Source: an uncultured Oscillospiraceae bacterium (GTDB lineage Bacteria > Bacillota > Clostridia > Oscillospirales > Acutalibacteraceae). Taken from it: DNA of 64,000 bases. The DNA is taken from contig CAUFXR010000002.1 in NCBI GenBank assembly GCA_959596515.1, positions 1,153-65,152 of the forward strand, written 5' to 3'. The position numbers and the translations under genes are program-made. The notes below the pieces were generated by a model that saw only the letters and a list, made by a program, of their open reading frames with translations, was not told the DNA's origin and ran no database searches. Shown piece after piece: positions 20,325-30,804 of this stretch (its first letter is position 1; each line of letters starts with the position of its first letter).

Positions 20325-20828
20325 ATGAATGACAGTGATAAGGATTTGGAGCAAGAATACGATTCTTTAAAGAAAGTTAAGGATGTTATTGAGTTTCAAA
20401 ATAATATGTATAACCCGGGATATTACATTGGTACCGGTAGAGTTCCTCCTACAGTATCGGCACCGGGAAACGCAATGCCATTAGCAATAGTGGGCTTCAT
20501 TGGGTTTGCTCTTTTTTTGGCATTGGGTTTATTCTTATTTTTTTCGGATGTAATTGTTCATTATTCGGACTTGATTAAATCCCCTCTGGCAAATAAAATT
20601 ATTACTTTAATCATAATGTCAGTAATATCATTGTTTTTCCTGCTTTTGGGCATTGCTTATCTAAAGAAAGCAAAGCGATACCGTATAGAAAAAGCGAAGC
20701 TAGAAAATGAGGTTGTTGACGAAACAGTAGAAGATAAAATTTTGCAACGAACTTGTCCCAAATGCGGAATATCTCATGATATTGATTATCCTAAATGCCC
20801 AAATTGTAAATACGATTATTTTAAATGA
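20325..20828 (+). CDS. Hypothetical 2-TM membrane protein with C-terminal zinc ribbon
   Basis: Two hydrophobic segments, CPKCG...CPNC; AT-rich. Confidence 0.7.
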   Translation: MNDSDKDLEQEYDSLKKVKDVIEFQNNMYNPGYYIGTGRVPPTVSAPGNAMPLAIVGFIGFALFLALGLFLFFSDVIVHYSDLIKSPLANKIITLIIMSVISLFFLLLGIAYLKKAKRYRIEKAKLENEVVDETVEDKILQRTCPKCGISHDIDYPKCPNCKYDYFK

Positions 20829-21717
20829 TAACTCAAGATACCCGTACCGATACGGTTTATAGTCCCATTAAACAGGCAGGGCTTGGAGCTAACACGCTCT
20901 GAGCTCTTTCTTTTTGATCGATGAGGCACGCGCTTTCGGGTAGCGGATTTAGTCCGTCTTTACCAATAGAGCTCAGAGCATATTTAAACACCGGGCTTTT
21001 TGTTTCAATAGGTGACAGCGAAAAAATTGTATCTTTTCTAGCTTTGTTTTTTCAGTAAGACTTGAAGCTGATTTACGCTCCAAGTCTTCTAATTTTTATT
21101 ATTCCTATTAAAAGTACCCGTGACCAAATTGGCCGCCATTTTTATTCTTACGGATTACGGAAATAACATGCGTCCGCAATATCCTATTGTGAATATTTTG
21201 ATCAACCCCGCTATGAAGACCTGCGCCCTAAAACGTTCAGATGTAAACCACGTCGGGACCTTTTACTATTCTTAAAGAGATTTACCAATCTTCTCAAAGA
21301 AAACGCGTCGTGACAAGTATGGCTTTACGCCTATTATGACGTTTCTTCTAGCATCAGTATGGCGATTAAGCTCCAAACAAATTAAATCCCAGTACCGTTT
21401 TTCTTAGCATCAAAGTGGTTAACCTAATATCTTTTTGAGTCCTTTCACAGCCGACTCTCTCAATCTGCCAGCTATGTTCGCGACATTTAAGATGTTTTCC
21501 GCTAGTTTCACACCGACACCGTTTAGGCGATAATGAAAACTGTCATTCCTTTTCCAAAGAGATTCAGAGAAAAGGACTAGTAGAAACCGTTTCTTTCATG
21601 TTATTTTTCAGATGTGTTTAGAAGTTCTATGAAAAACAAAAATCCGGAGGCGATCTGCCACCGGATTTTCTGATAAATTGCGGAATAAAATAACGCCTCT
21701 AAATAGACATAAGCGTG

Positions 21718-22305
21718 TTAAGCTCCCAATAAATGTTCGATTAGAATTTTACTGCCAATAATAATCAGCACCAAGCCTCCCAAGAGCTCTGCCTTAGAGG
21801 AAAACAGATCGCCGAATTTCTTTCCTATGTAAACACCTGCAAAAGAGATGATAAAAGTTGTCAAACCGATGAGACCTACGGCGATCAACATCAACAGAAC
21901 AGTAGAAGCGCCAACGACAGAGGGGAGGATAATTCCTGTTGCTAAAGCGTCGATGCTGGTTGCCACCGCCATGACCATCAGCATTTTAAAGCTGATCGGA
22001 TCCCTGCATTCCTTTGGTTCGTGGTTTTTGGCTTCTTTTATAGCGTCATAAACCATTTTCCCGCCGATGTATCCCAACAAAATAAACGCCACCCAATGAT
22101 CGACCGACTCAATGATACCTTTTCCCGCGATTCCGACCAGCCAGCCTATCGTGGGCATTACTGCTTGGAAAACACCGAACGCTAAAGCGATACCAAAGGC
22201 GTGTTTAAGCCTGAGATTTCTGGTAACCGCTCCGTTTGTCAAAGAAACCGCAAACGCGTCCATGGAAAGGCCTACGGCGATTCCAAACAACGCAAGATAA
22301 TCCAT
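21718..22305 (-). CDS. mntP: Manganese efflux pump MntP family
   Basis: GLSMDAFAVS, FGVFQAVMP, DHWVAF, ATSIDALA, AELLGG. Confidence 0.9.
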   Translation of the reverse strand: MDYLALFGIAVGLSMDAFAVSLTNGAVTRNLRLKHAFGIALAFGVFQAVMPTIGWLVGIAGKGIIESVDHWVAFILLGYIGGKMVYDAIKEAKNHEPKECRDPISFKMLMVMAVATSIDALATGIILPSVVGASTVLLMLIAVGLIGLTTFIISFAGVYIGKKFGDLFSSKAELLGGLVLIIIGSKILIEHLLGA

Positions 22306-22748
22306 TCTGACTCCTCCCAGATATAAAGATTCTTTATACTATATCACAATTATATTTTGAAAGCAATAAAATATGGCTGTAAACTGATGAAAAGAACAAC
22401 AAAGTCTATTTTTAACATTCAATGATTTTCGATTTTTCTTAGCTCCTCAAGCTCTTAAATTCCGGATTTTATGAGAAGGTGCCACGGAATACAGCGAGAA
22501 CTTTTGTCGGGATAGGAAAGGTCGCGGCGCTGCCTCAGCTAACGCTTGAAAGTAACGCTCAAAAATCCTTTTCCAACTCGTTTAAAGAGAATCAAATTGA
22601 CAAAGGGATCGTCTGGAATCAATAAACGACATGAATGATACGTTTTTTTAAGAACCTTTGATAAGTTATTTGCCATTTAAAGAAGAAAATGCTAAAATAA
22701 GCCGTAGCCTTAATAAGGTGGTAATCCAATCAAAGGGATGTGGTTATT

Positions 22749-23372
22749 GTGATCGCTGTAATCGATTATGGCGCTGGAAATCTGCAAAGTGTAATAAAAG
22801 CACTTCATTATATCGGCTGCGACGCTGTTATTACCAAAGATCGGCAGGTACTACAAAAGGCGGATGGAGCAATTTTGCCTGGGGTAGGCTCTTTCGCGGA
22901 TGCTATGGACTGTATGAAAGCTTCTGGCCTGACGGAACCTGTGATTGAATACGCCAATAGCGGAAGGCCTTTTTTGGGAATTTGTTTAGGGCTTCAGCTT
23001 TTGTTTGAGGCCAGTGAGGAGAGCCCCGGCGCAAAGGGATTAGGGCTTTTGAAGGGAAAGATCACAAAAATTCCGGCGGGAGAAGGATTGAAAATTCCCC
23101 ATATGGGTTGGAATGATCTGACGATTCCGCGCCGGACCGGACTGTTTGCCGGAATAGAAGGAAACCCTTATGTGTATTTTGTACATTCCTATTATCTGAC
23201 TGCTGACGACCCGGAGATTGTTTCGTCTCGGACAAGCTACGGCGTCTCCATCGACGCCTCGGTGCAAAAAGGAAATATTTTCGCCACACAGTTTCATCCG
23301 GAAAAGAGCGGAAGCGTCGGATTAAATATGTTGCGCAATTTTGCGGCCATTACCAGAGGGGAGGAACGCTGA
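22749..23372 (+). CDS. hisH: Imidazole glycerol phosphate synthase glutaminase subunit
   Basis: IDYGAGNL, LPGVGSF, GICLG, PHMGWN, QFHPEKS. Confidence 0.95.
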   Translation: MIAVIDYGAGNLQSVIKALHYIGCDAVITKDRQVLQKADGAILPGVGSFADAMDCMKASGLTEPVIEYANSGRPFLGICLGLQLLFEASEESPGAKGLGLLKGKITKIPAGEGLKIPHMGWNDLTIPRRTGLFAGIEGNPYVYFVHSYYLTADDPEIVSSRTSYGVSIDASVQKGNIFATQFHPEKSGSVGLNMLRNFAAITRGEER

Positions 23373-24131
23373 ATGCACGCGAAAAGAATTATCCCCTGCC
23401 TGGATGTAAAAAACGGCAGGGTGGTAAAAGGAACTAGTTTTGTAAATTTGCGGGACGCCGGGGATCCGGTGGAAGCGGCGATCGCTTACGATCGTCAAGG
23501 CGCAGATGAACTGGTTTTGTTGGATATTACCGCTTCATCCGATGCCAGAGGGATTATGCTGGATATTGTCAGTCAGGTGGCGGAAAAAATATTTATTCCC
23601 TTTACTGTGGGAGGCGGCATCCGCACGGTAGAAGATTTCACTCAGCTTTTACGGGCTGGTGCGGATAAGGTATCTGTCAATTCCGCCGCGATCAAACGGC
23701 CAGAGATCATCAATGAGGCGGCGTATAAGTTTGGCAGCCAGTGTGTGGTAGTCGCTATTGACGCCAAGCGTCGGGAAACAGAAGGCTGGGACGTCTATAT
23801 TAACGGCGGACGAATTAATATGGGAATCGACGCCCTAGAATGGGCGGTGGAAGCCGAACGCCGTGGAGCGGGAGAGATTCTGTTGACCAGCATGGACTGT
23901 GACGGCGTGAAAGAGGGGTATGATTTAGATCTTACCCGGGAGGTCTCGCAACGGGTAGGGATTCCGGTGATCGCTTCCGGTGGCGCTGGAAAGCTTTCTC
24001 ATTTTTACGACGCTTTTACACTAGGAAAAGCAGATGCAGTTTTGGCGGCTTCTTTGTTCCATTTTGGAGAAATCTCTATTCCGGAACTTAAGACCTATCT
24101 GGCGGGAAGAGGGATTTCTGTTAGAAGATGA
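23373..24131 (+). CDS. hisF: Imidazole glycerol phosphate synthase cyclase subunit
   Basis: [36 protein letters not shown]. Confidence 0.96.
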   Translation: MHAKRIIPCLDVKNGRVVKGTSFVNLRDAGDPVEAAIAYDRQGADELVLLDITASSDARGIMLDIVSQVAEKIFIPFTVGGGIRTVEDFTQLLRAGADKVSVNSAAIKRPEIINEAAYKFGSQCVVVAIDAKRRETEGWDVYINGGRINMGIDALEWAVEAERRGAGEILLTSMDCDGVKEGYDLDLTREVSQRVGIPVIASGGAGKLSHFYDAFTLGKADAVLAASLFHFGEISIPELKTYLAGRGISVRR

Positions 24132-24279
24132 ATACATTTTCTTTCAAAATTTTTTCTTCCTTATGGAAAACGCCAAAAATTTTTGTTTTGGGCCTTGAGC
24201 CTCGGAATCTCTTGAAATCGCCATTTTAAAAATGGTATAATAATTATCGATATCACAATGAAAATCAGCCTTTCGGCTT

Positions 24280-24315
24280 AAGCGTTCCAAGCATTTATTT
24301 GGAACGTTTTCTTTT
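24280..24315 (+). terminator. Leader terminator upstream of glnA
   Basis: AAGCGTTCCAA / TTGGAACGTTT plus TCTTTT, downstream of promoter TTGAAA-18-TATAAT (24212-24241). Confidence 0.65.
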
Positions 24316-24363
24316 GAGGGCCGCGCCGCTGGGCTTACAAAATTTCGTATGGGGGAAAGCAGA

Positions 24364-25713
24364 ATGGCAGAAATGGCAAAAACGCCGCGATTTACCAAAG
24401 AGGAAATCATACGCATCGTAAAAGAGCAGAACATCCGCTTTGTACGTCTGCAGTTTACCGATATCTTCGGACAATGCAAAAATGTGGCCATTACGGAAAG
24501 CCAATTGGAGAAGGCGCTGGCCAACAAATGCATGTTTGACGGTTCCTCGATTGAGGGCTTTGTGCGAATCGAAGAATCCGATATGTACCTATATCCAGAT
24601 TTGGATAGCTTTATGATTTATCCTTGGAAACAGGAGCACGGCAAAGTGGCCCGTTTAATCTGCGATGTCCATAAAACCGATGGTGCTCCCTTTGAAGGCG
24701 ACCCCAGAAGCATTCTTCGCCGTACGTTGGCGGAGGCCGCCAAAATGGGCTTTACGTTTAACGTAGGGCCGGAGTGTGAGTTTTTCCTGTTCCAAACCGA
24801 TGACGAGGGATATCCCACCACTACCACCATCGATCACGGAAGCTATTTCGAGCTGGGGCCTGTGGATCGCGGGGAGGATGCCAGACGAGATATTTGTCTG
24901 ACGCTTGAGGATATGGGCTTTGAAATTGAGGCTTCCCACCACGAATGTGCACCCGGGCAGCACGAAATCGATTTTAAATACAGCGAAGCGCTTACCGCCG
25001 CTGACAATATCATGACCTTTAAGCTGGCGGTAAAATCTATCGCGGAACGCCATAAGCTTCATGCCACCTTTATGCCAAAACCCCTTTTCAACGAAGCGGG
25101 TTCCGGTATGCATATCAATATGTCTCTTTGCCGAGATGGGGAAAATGTGTTCGCTGATCCGAATGATCCCAACGGCCTTTCTAAAATCGCTTATCATTTC
25201 ATTGCCGGTATTATGGATCACGCAAAGGGCATGACTGCGATTACCAATCCGATCGTGAATTCTTATAAACGCCTGGTGCCGGGCTATGAGGCGCCGGTTT
25301 ATATCGCCTGGTCGGCGCAGAACCGCAGCCCGCTGGTAAGGGTGCCTGCCGCCAGAGGCGCGGGTACCAGAATCGAGCTGAGGAACCCAGATCCTTCCGC
25401 GAATCCTTATTTGGTGCTGGCGGTTTGTCTGGCTGCTGGTCTGGATGGTATTAAACGGGAGTTAGCGCCTCCTGCTTCGATCGACAGCAACGTCTTTAAA
25501 CTGACTGACGATGAACGGGAAGCCATGGGCATTGAAAATATCCCGGATAATTTAGACAGGGCGATCAGGGCGATGAAAAAGGACAGCTTGATTCATAGAA
25601 CTCTGGGATCCCATGCGTTCATGAAATATGTGGCCTATAAACAAAAAGAGTGGAATCAGTACCGCAATGTGGTAACAGAGTGGGAAATTAAAAATTACTT
25701 GAGCAGATATTAA
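24364..25713 (+). CDS. glnA: Glutamine synthetase type I
   Basis: [53 protein letters not shown]. Confidence 0.97.
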   Translation: MAEMAKTPRFTKEEIIRIVKEQNIRFVRLQFTDIFGQCKNVAITESQLEKALANKCMFDGSSIEGFVRIEESDMYLYPDLDSFMIYPWKQEHGKVARLICDVHKTDGAPFEGDPRSILRRTLAEAAKMGFTFNVGPECEFFLFQTDDEGYPTTTTIDHGSYFELGPVDRGEDARRDICLTLEDMGFEIEASHHECAPGQHEIDFKYSEALTAADNIMTFKLAVKSIAERHKLHATFMPKPLFNEAGSGMHINMSLCRDGENVFADPNDPNGLSKIAYHFIAGIMDHAKGMTAITNPIVNSYKRLVPGYEAPVYIAWSAQNRSPLVRVPAARGAGTRIELRNPDPSANPYLVLAVCLAAGLDGIKRELAPPASIDSNVFKLTDDEREAMGIENIPDNLDRAIRAMKKDSLIHRTLGSHAFMKYVAYKQKEWNQYRNVVTEWEIKNYLSRY

Positions 25714-25756
25714 TAAGCGTGTCACGCTTATGATTTTGATAAAGGAGATCCTGCCA

Positions 25757-26767
25757 ATGCTGAACTTGAAGCTGCCTGACCAATATGACACAGGTATGTC
25801 AATTCGGGAAACAGAGGTTGCCATTAAGCTGATCAAAGATTTTTTTGAACGAGAGCTTTCCCAAGCCCTTTCTCTGACCCGGGTTTCCGCGCCTTTGTTT
25901 GTCACCCCGGATTCTGGCTTAAACGACAATTTAAACGGCGTGGAGCGTCCTGTTGCTTTTGGAATTAAAGAACTGGATGACGCGCCGGTAGAGATTGTAC
26001 ATTCTTTAGCCAAGTGGAAGCGCATGGCGTTAAAGCGTTATGGCTTCAGTAAGGGAGAAGGACTTTACACCGATATGAACGCGATCCGCCGGGATGAGGA
26101 TATGGATAATCTTCACTCCATTTACGTGGATCAATGGGATTGGGAAAAGATCATTGGCAAGGAAGAGCGCACTATCGATACCTTAAAAAATGTGGTGAAT
26201 CGGATCTATGAGGTTTTAAAGCGCACCGAAATGTATGTGGCTTCTTTCTATCCTCAAATCAAGCCGGTGCTGCCGAAGCATATCACTTTTGTCACTACTA
26301 CTGAGTTGGAAGACCGTTATCGCGGTCTTACCACTAAGGAACGGGAGCGCCAGATCGTAAAAGAACACGGCGCAGTATTTTTGATGGAAATTGGCGGAGC
26401 TTTGCGAAACGGCAAGCCCCATGACGGTAGGGCGCCTGATTATGATGATTGGACCTTAAACGGGGATATTATCGTGGATTATCCTATGCTGGATACTGCC
26501 CTGGAGCTTTCCTCTATGGGAATCAGAGTAGACGCAAAGGCGTTAAAGGCTCAGCTGGAAATCGCGGGATGTATGGAACGGGCAAAGCTGCCTTTCCAAA
26601 AGGCGCTTTTGAACAACGAGCTTCCTGATACCATCGGTGGTGGAATTGGACAGTCCAGAATCTGTATGTTTTTCCTGCGCCGGGCACATATCGGTGAGGT
26701 GCAGGCATCTATTTGGCCGGAGGAAACTGTCCGGCTCTGCGAGGAACATAACATTCATTTATTATAA
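25757..26767 (+). CDS. asnA: Aspartate-ammonia ligase
   Basis: EIVHSLAKWKR, HSIYVDQWDWE, RAPDYDDW, ELSSMGIRV, TIGGGIGQSR; RBS AAGGAG. Confidence 0.96.
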   Translation: MLNLKLPDQYDTGMSIRETEVAIKLIKDFFERELSQALSLTRVSAPLFVTPDSGLNDNLNGVERPVAFGIKELDDAPVEIVHSLAKWKRMALKRYGFSKGEGLYTDMNAIRRDEDMDNLHSIYVDQWDWEKIIGKEERTIDTLKNVVNRIYEVLKRTEMYVASFYPQIKPVLPKHITFVTTTELEDRYRGLTTKERERQIVKEHGAVFLMEIGGALRNGKPHDGRAPDYDDWTLNGDIIVDYPMLDTALELSSMGIRVDAKALKAQLEIAGCMERAKLPFQKALLNNELPDTIGGGIGQSRICMFFLRRAHIGEVQASIWPEETVRLCEEHNIHLL

Positions 26768-27048
26768 AAGCAGCAGCGGAGGAAGATTGGTGTTAAGCAG
26801 CTTCTGCCCGCTGCTTTTCTTGTTTGTAAATTTAAGTCAATGTCTATTGTCACTTGGTTTCGCGTGATTTCTATTGTAACTTAAGCTAAAACCCATAGGG
26901 AACCCTGTTGTTTTTTCTAGTGAAATGCGGGAATTTCGCAATCTCTTTTTTCGCTTATTGCGAAAGTTGTCGAGGCAAGGTATAATAAAAATAGATTTGT
27001 GGCCAGTGAAAGAGATATTTGCTGTGAATTAAAAGGAGGCATTCAATC

Positions 27049-27756
27049 ATGCAAAAAGCACAAATGATGTATGAGGGAAAGGCAAAAAAGGTTTACGCTA
27101 CGGATGATGACCGGTATGTCATCGTATCGTATAAAGATGACGCTACCGCGTTTAACGGCCAGAAAAAAGGCACGATCGTGGGAAAAGGCGTTGTTAATAA
27201 TAAAATGTCCAACTATCTGATGCAGATGCTGGAGAAGAATGGTGTGAAAACTGATTATGTGGAGGAACTGAATGACCGGGAAACCGTTTTGAAGAAGGTT
27301 CAGATTGTTCCTCTGGAGGTTATCGTTCGCAATAAGGCTGCTGGCAGTTTTTCCAAACGTTTAGGTGTTGCCGAGGGAACTGAGCTGAAATGCCCCATTT
27401 TAGAGTTCTGCTACAAGAATGACGATCTGGGCGATCCGATGGTCAATGAATACCATGTGCTGGCCATGGGCTATGCTACCAGAGAGGAACTGGATACCAT
27501 TACTTCTATGACATTTAAGATCAACGATCTTTTAAAGGAGTTTTTCGCTAAGACCGGTGTGGAACTGATCGATTTCAAACTGGAATTTGGACGCTGCGAT
27601 GGCGAGATCCTCTTAGCGGATGAAATTTCTCCTGATACCTGTCGTTTCTGGGATATGGAAACCCACGAAAAGCTGGATAAGGATCGTTTCCGCAGAGATA
27701 TGGGCGGTGTAGAGGAAGCATACGCAGAGATGATGAAGCGCGTAGGACTCGCTTAA
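27049..27756 (+). CDS. purC: SAICAR synthetase
   Basis: [35 protein letters not shown]. Confidence 0.97.
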   Translation: MQKAQMMYEGKAKKVYATDDDRYVIVSYKDDATAFNGQKKGTIVGKGVVNNKMSNYLMQMLEKNGVKTDYVEELNDRETVLKKVQIVPLEVIVRNKAAGSFSKRLGVAEGTELKCPILEFCYKNDDLGDPMVNEYHVLAMGYATREELDTITSMTFKINDLLKEFFAKTGVELIDFKLEFGRCDGEILLADEISPDTCRFWDMETHEKLDKDRFRRDMGGVEEAYAEMMKRVGLA

Positions 27757-27770
27757 ATTAGGATGGTGTC

Positions 27771-29243
27771 ATGTTGAATCATTCTTATTGGAATTCTGAG
27801 GAACGAAATAACATAGAATTTGCCGAAAAGCCGCATGAAGAGTGCGGCATTTTCGGTTTGTATGGAGACGACGTTATGCCACCTGCTTACGCGGCTTACA
27901 ACGGTCTTTTAGCGTTGCAGCACCGAGGACAAGAAAGTTGCGGTATCGCTGTAAATGATCGTGGCGTTATCTCCTATCACAAGGATATGGGACTGGTAAG
28001 CGAGGTGTTTCATCCCAAGAATTTGGACAAGTTGTCCGGACAGATGTGTGTCAGCCATGTACGGTATTCTACCGCAGGAGACAGCGTACCGGAAAACGCT
28101 CAGCCGCTGGTGATGCGCTATATTAAAGGAAGCCTGGCTATCGCTCATAACGGAAACTTGACCAACGCTCACGAAATTCGTCGGGAGCTGGAACATCGGG
28201 GCGCAATTTTTCAAACCACCATTGATTCTGAGGTAATCGCCTACATTATCGCCAGAGAACGGATGCACAGCGGCTCTATTGAGGAAGCGGTCTGCCGGAC
28301 TATGCCGCAGATCCAAGGGGCCTATTCTCTGCTGGTGATGAGTCCCCAGAAGTTGATCGCCGCCAGAGATCCCAATGGCTTCCGGCCCTTGTGCATGGGA
28401 AAGCTGGGCAAAGGGTACGTCTTTGCCAGTGAAACCTGTGCCTTAGATGCCTGCGGCGCTGAGTTCGTCCGGGATGTTGAGCCAGGAGAGATCGTGGTGG
28501 TAGATCCCACCGGAGTAAAATCCATTCGGGATCATTGTACTGGAAAAATCTCCCCGTGTATTTTTGAGTATATTTATTTTGCCAGAACGGACAGCGTGAT
28601 TGACGGTGTCAGCGTGTATGAAGCGAGAAAAGAGGCGGGCCGGCTTTTGGCCCGGCAGCATCCGGTAGATGCCGATCTGGTAATCGGTGTGCCGGAGTCC
28701 GGAATCGACGCCGCCATCGGTTATAGCGAAGAATCCGGAATTCCTTATGAAAAGGGTATTGTGAAAAATAATTATATCGGCCGAACCTTTATCAAACCAA
28801 CTCAGCAGGAACGGCGCAATAGCGTTCGGATTAAGCTCAACCCGCTAGTTACCGCGGTGAAGGGAAAACGGATTGTTATGCTGGATGACTCCATTGTCCG
28901 GGGAACAACCTGCGATCGTATCGTCAGCATGCTGCGGGATGCGGGAGCCAAAGAAGTGCATTTGCGGATCAGTTCGCCGCCGTTTACCTGGCCTTGCTAT
29001 TATGGAACGGATATCCCGTCGAAAGACGAATTGATCGCCTGCAAAATGACGGTGGAGGAAATCGGAAAACTCAGCGGTGCGGATTCTATCGGTTTCTTAG
29101 AGCTTGATAGTCTGTGCCAGATGATCGGCAAGCGGGAAAAATGTTTCTGCGACGCTTGTTTTACCGGAAATTATCCGGCTCCTGTTCCAAAGCACATGAT
29201 GGAAGGCAAACCAGAACAGCGCTGTACTCCGGTGCATCGTTAA
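27771..29243 (+). CDS. purF: Amidophosphoribosyltransferase
   Basis: EECGIFG, QHRGQE, HVRYST, MLDDSIVRGTT, CDACF. Confidence 0.97.
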   Translation: MLNHSYWNSEERNNIEFAEKPHEECGIFGLYGDDVMPPAYAAYNGLLALQHRGQESCGIAVNDRGVISYHKDMGLVSEVFHPKNLDKLSGQMCVSHVRYSTAGDSVPENAQPLVMRYIKGSLAIAHNGNLTNAHEIRRELEHRGAIFQTTIDSEVIAYIIARERMHSGSIEEAVCRTMPQIQGAYSLLVMSPQKLIAARDPNGFRPLCMGKLGKGYVFASETCALDACGAEFVRDVEPGEIVVVDPTGVKSIRDHCTGKISPCIFEYIYFARTDSVIDGVSVYEARKEAGRLLARQHPVDADLVIGVPESGIDAAIGYSEESGIPYEKGIVKNNYIGRTFIKPTQQERRNSVRIKLNPLVTAVKGKRIVMLDDSIVRGTTCDRIVSMLRDAGAKEVHLRISSPPFTWPCYYGTDIPSKDELIACKMTVEEIGKLSGADSIGFLELDSLCQMIGKREKCFCDACFTGNYPAPVPKHMMEGKPEQRCTPVHR

Positions 29244-29255
29244 GGAGGATTATTG

Positions 29256-30686
29256 ATGAAAGATATTTATGAATCTCCCTTGTCATCCCGCTATGCGGAC
29301 CAAGATATGAAATATTTGTTTTCTCCGGATATGAAATTTCGTACCTGGAGAAAGCTTTGGATCGCTTTGGCGGAAGCGGAAAAAGAACTTGGCCTGCCGG
29401 TGACTCAGGAACAAATTGACGAGATGAAGGCGCATCAGGACGATATTAACTATGAGGTGGCGGAGAAAAGGGAAAAGGAAGTCCGCCATGACGTTATGTC
29501 CCACGTATACGCTTTTGGCGTTCAATGTCCGAAAGCCAAGCCTGTTATTCACTTAGGTGCCACTTCCTGCTATGTGGGAGACAACACCGATGTGATTATT
29601 ATGACGGAAGCTCTGAAGCTGGTACAGAAAAAGCTGGTAGGGGTTATCAGCACTCTGTCTGAGTTTGCCAGGAAATATAAAGATCTGCCTACGCTGGCGT
29701 TTACGCATTTCCAGCCGGCCCAGCCAACCACGGTGGGAAAGCGCGCCTGCCTGTGGATCCAGGATCTTTTAATGGATTTAGAAGATGTGGAATATCAGCT
29801 TTCCAAGGCCAAGCTGCTAGGCTCTAAGGGAACAACAGGCACTCAAGCCAGCTTTTTGGAGCTGTTTGAGGGAGACCATGACAAGTGCCGCAGGCTGGAC
29901 CAGTTAATCGCGGAAAAAATGGGATATCAGTCCTGCTTCGCTGTTTCCGGACAGACCTATTCCAGAAAGCTGGACAGCCAGATGCTCAACGTGTTGGCGG
30001 GAATCGCCCAAAGCGCGGCTAAATTTTCTAACGATATCCGTCTGTTACAGCACTTGAAAGAAGTGGAAGAGCCTTTTGAGAAGAACCAGATTGGTTCCTC
30101 CGCTATGGCCTACAAGCGAAACCCAATGCGCAGCGAGCGCATGGCTTCTTTGGCCAGGTATGTGATGGTGGATACGCTGAATCCCTATATGACAGCGGCG
30201 ACCCAGTGGTTTGAGCGCACCCTGGATGACTCGGCCAACAAGCGCTTGAGCGTTCCTGAGGCTTTCTTGGCGGTAGACGCTATTTTGAACCTGTATATGA
30301 ACGTGTCCGACGGACTGGTGGTTTATCCCAAGGTGATTGAGCAACGCCTGAAAAAAGAGCTGCCTTTTATGGCTACGGAAAATATTATGATGGATGCGGT
30401 CAAGCGGGGAGCGGACCGGCAGGAGCTCCATGAGAGAATCCGCGTGCATTCTATGGCGGCTTCCCGAGTGGTAAAGGAGGAAGGCGGCGAGAACGACCTA
30501 TTGGCCCGTATCGCGGCTGACCCAATCTTCGGTGTCTCCATGGAGGAACTGGAAGAAATCATGCTTCCTGAAAAATATGTGGGAAGGGCGCCTCAGCAGA
30601 CAGAGGACTTTTTGGATCATGAGGTGGCAAACGCTTTGAAAAAATACGGAAACATGAAAGTAGAACAGGCGGAAATCAACGTCTAA
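29256..30686 (+). CDS. purB: Adenylosuccinate lyase
   Basis: RHDVMSH, HLGATS, GSSAMAYKRNPM. Confidence 0.96.
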   Translation: MKDIYESPLSSRYADQDMKYLFSPDMKFRTWRKLWIALAEAEKELGLPVTQEQIDEMKAHQDDINYEVAEKREKEVRHDVMSHVYAFGVQCPKAKPVIHLGATSCYVGDNTDVIIMTEALKLVQKKLVGVISTLSEFARKYKDLPTLAFTHFQPAQPTTVGKRACLWIQDLLMDLEDVEYQLSKAKLLGSKGTTGTQASFLELFEGDHDKCRRLDQLIAEKMGYQSCFAVSGQTYSRKLDSQMLNVLAGIAQSAAKFSNDIRLLQHLKEVEEPFEKNQIGSSAMAYKRNPMRSERMASLARYVMVDTLNPYMTAATQWFERTLDDSANKRLSVPEAFLAVDAILNLYMNVSDGLVVYPKVIEQRLKKELPFMATENIMMDAVKRGADRQELHERIRVHSMAASRVVKEEGGENDLLARIAADPIFGVSMEELEEIMLPEKYVGRAPQQTEDFLDHEVANALKKYGNMKVEQAEINV

Positions 30687-30804
30687 ACATGAAAAATCCC
30701 GGAGGAAGTAAGAATTTTTATAAATTTATCTTCCTTCGGGTTCTGTTTTATGGTATGATAATTACCGTATGTTGTTCTAATTTTAAATTGGAGGATTCAG
30801 ACTT

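Larger units (their letters stand above)
7675..21100. mobile_element. Eroded mosaic island at tRNA-Leu (prophage remnants plus cargo); right boundary uncertain
   Basis: Starts right after the tRNA 3' end; contains phage tail genes, several truncated genes, and segments visibly richer or poorer in GC than the backbone; no integrase and no repeat of the tRNA 3' end found. Confidence 0.7.

Noticed and set aside
22306..22650. yybP-ykoY (Mn2+) riboswitch upstream of mntP
   Set aside because: Conserved aptamer motifs not recognisable and a promoter-like sequence lies close to the start; a cmscan would settle it.
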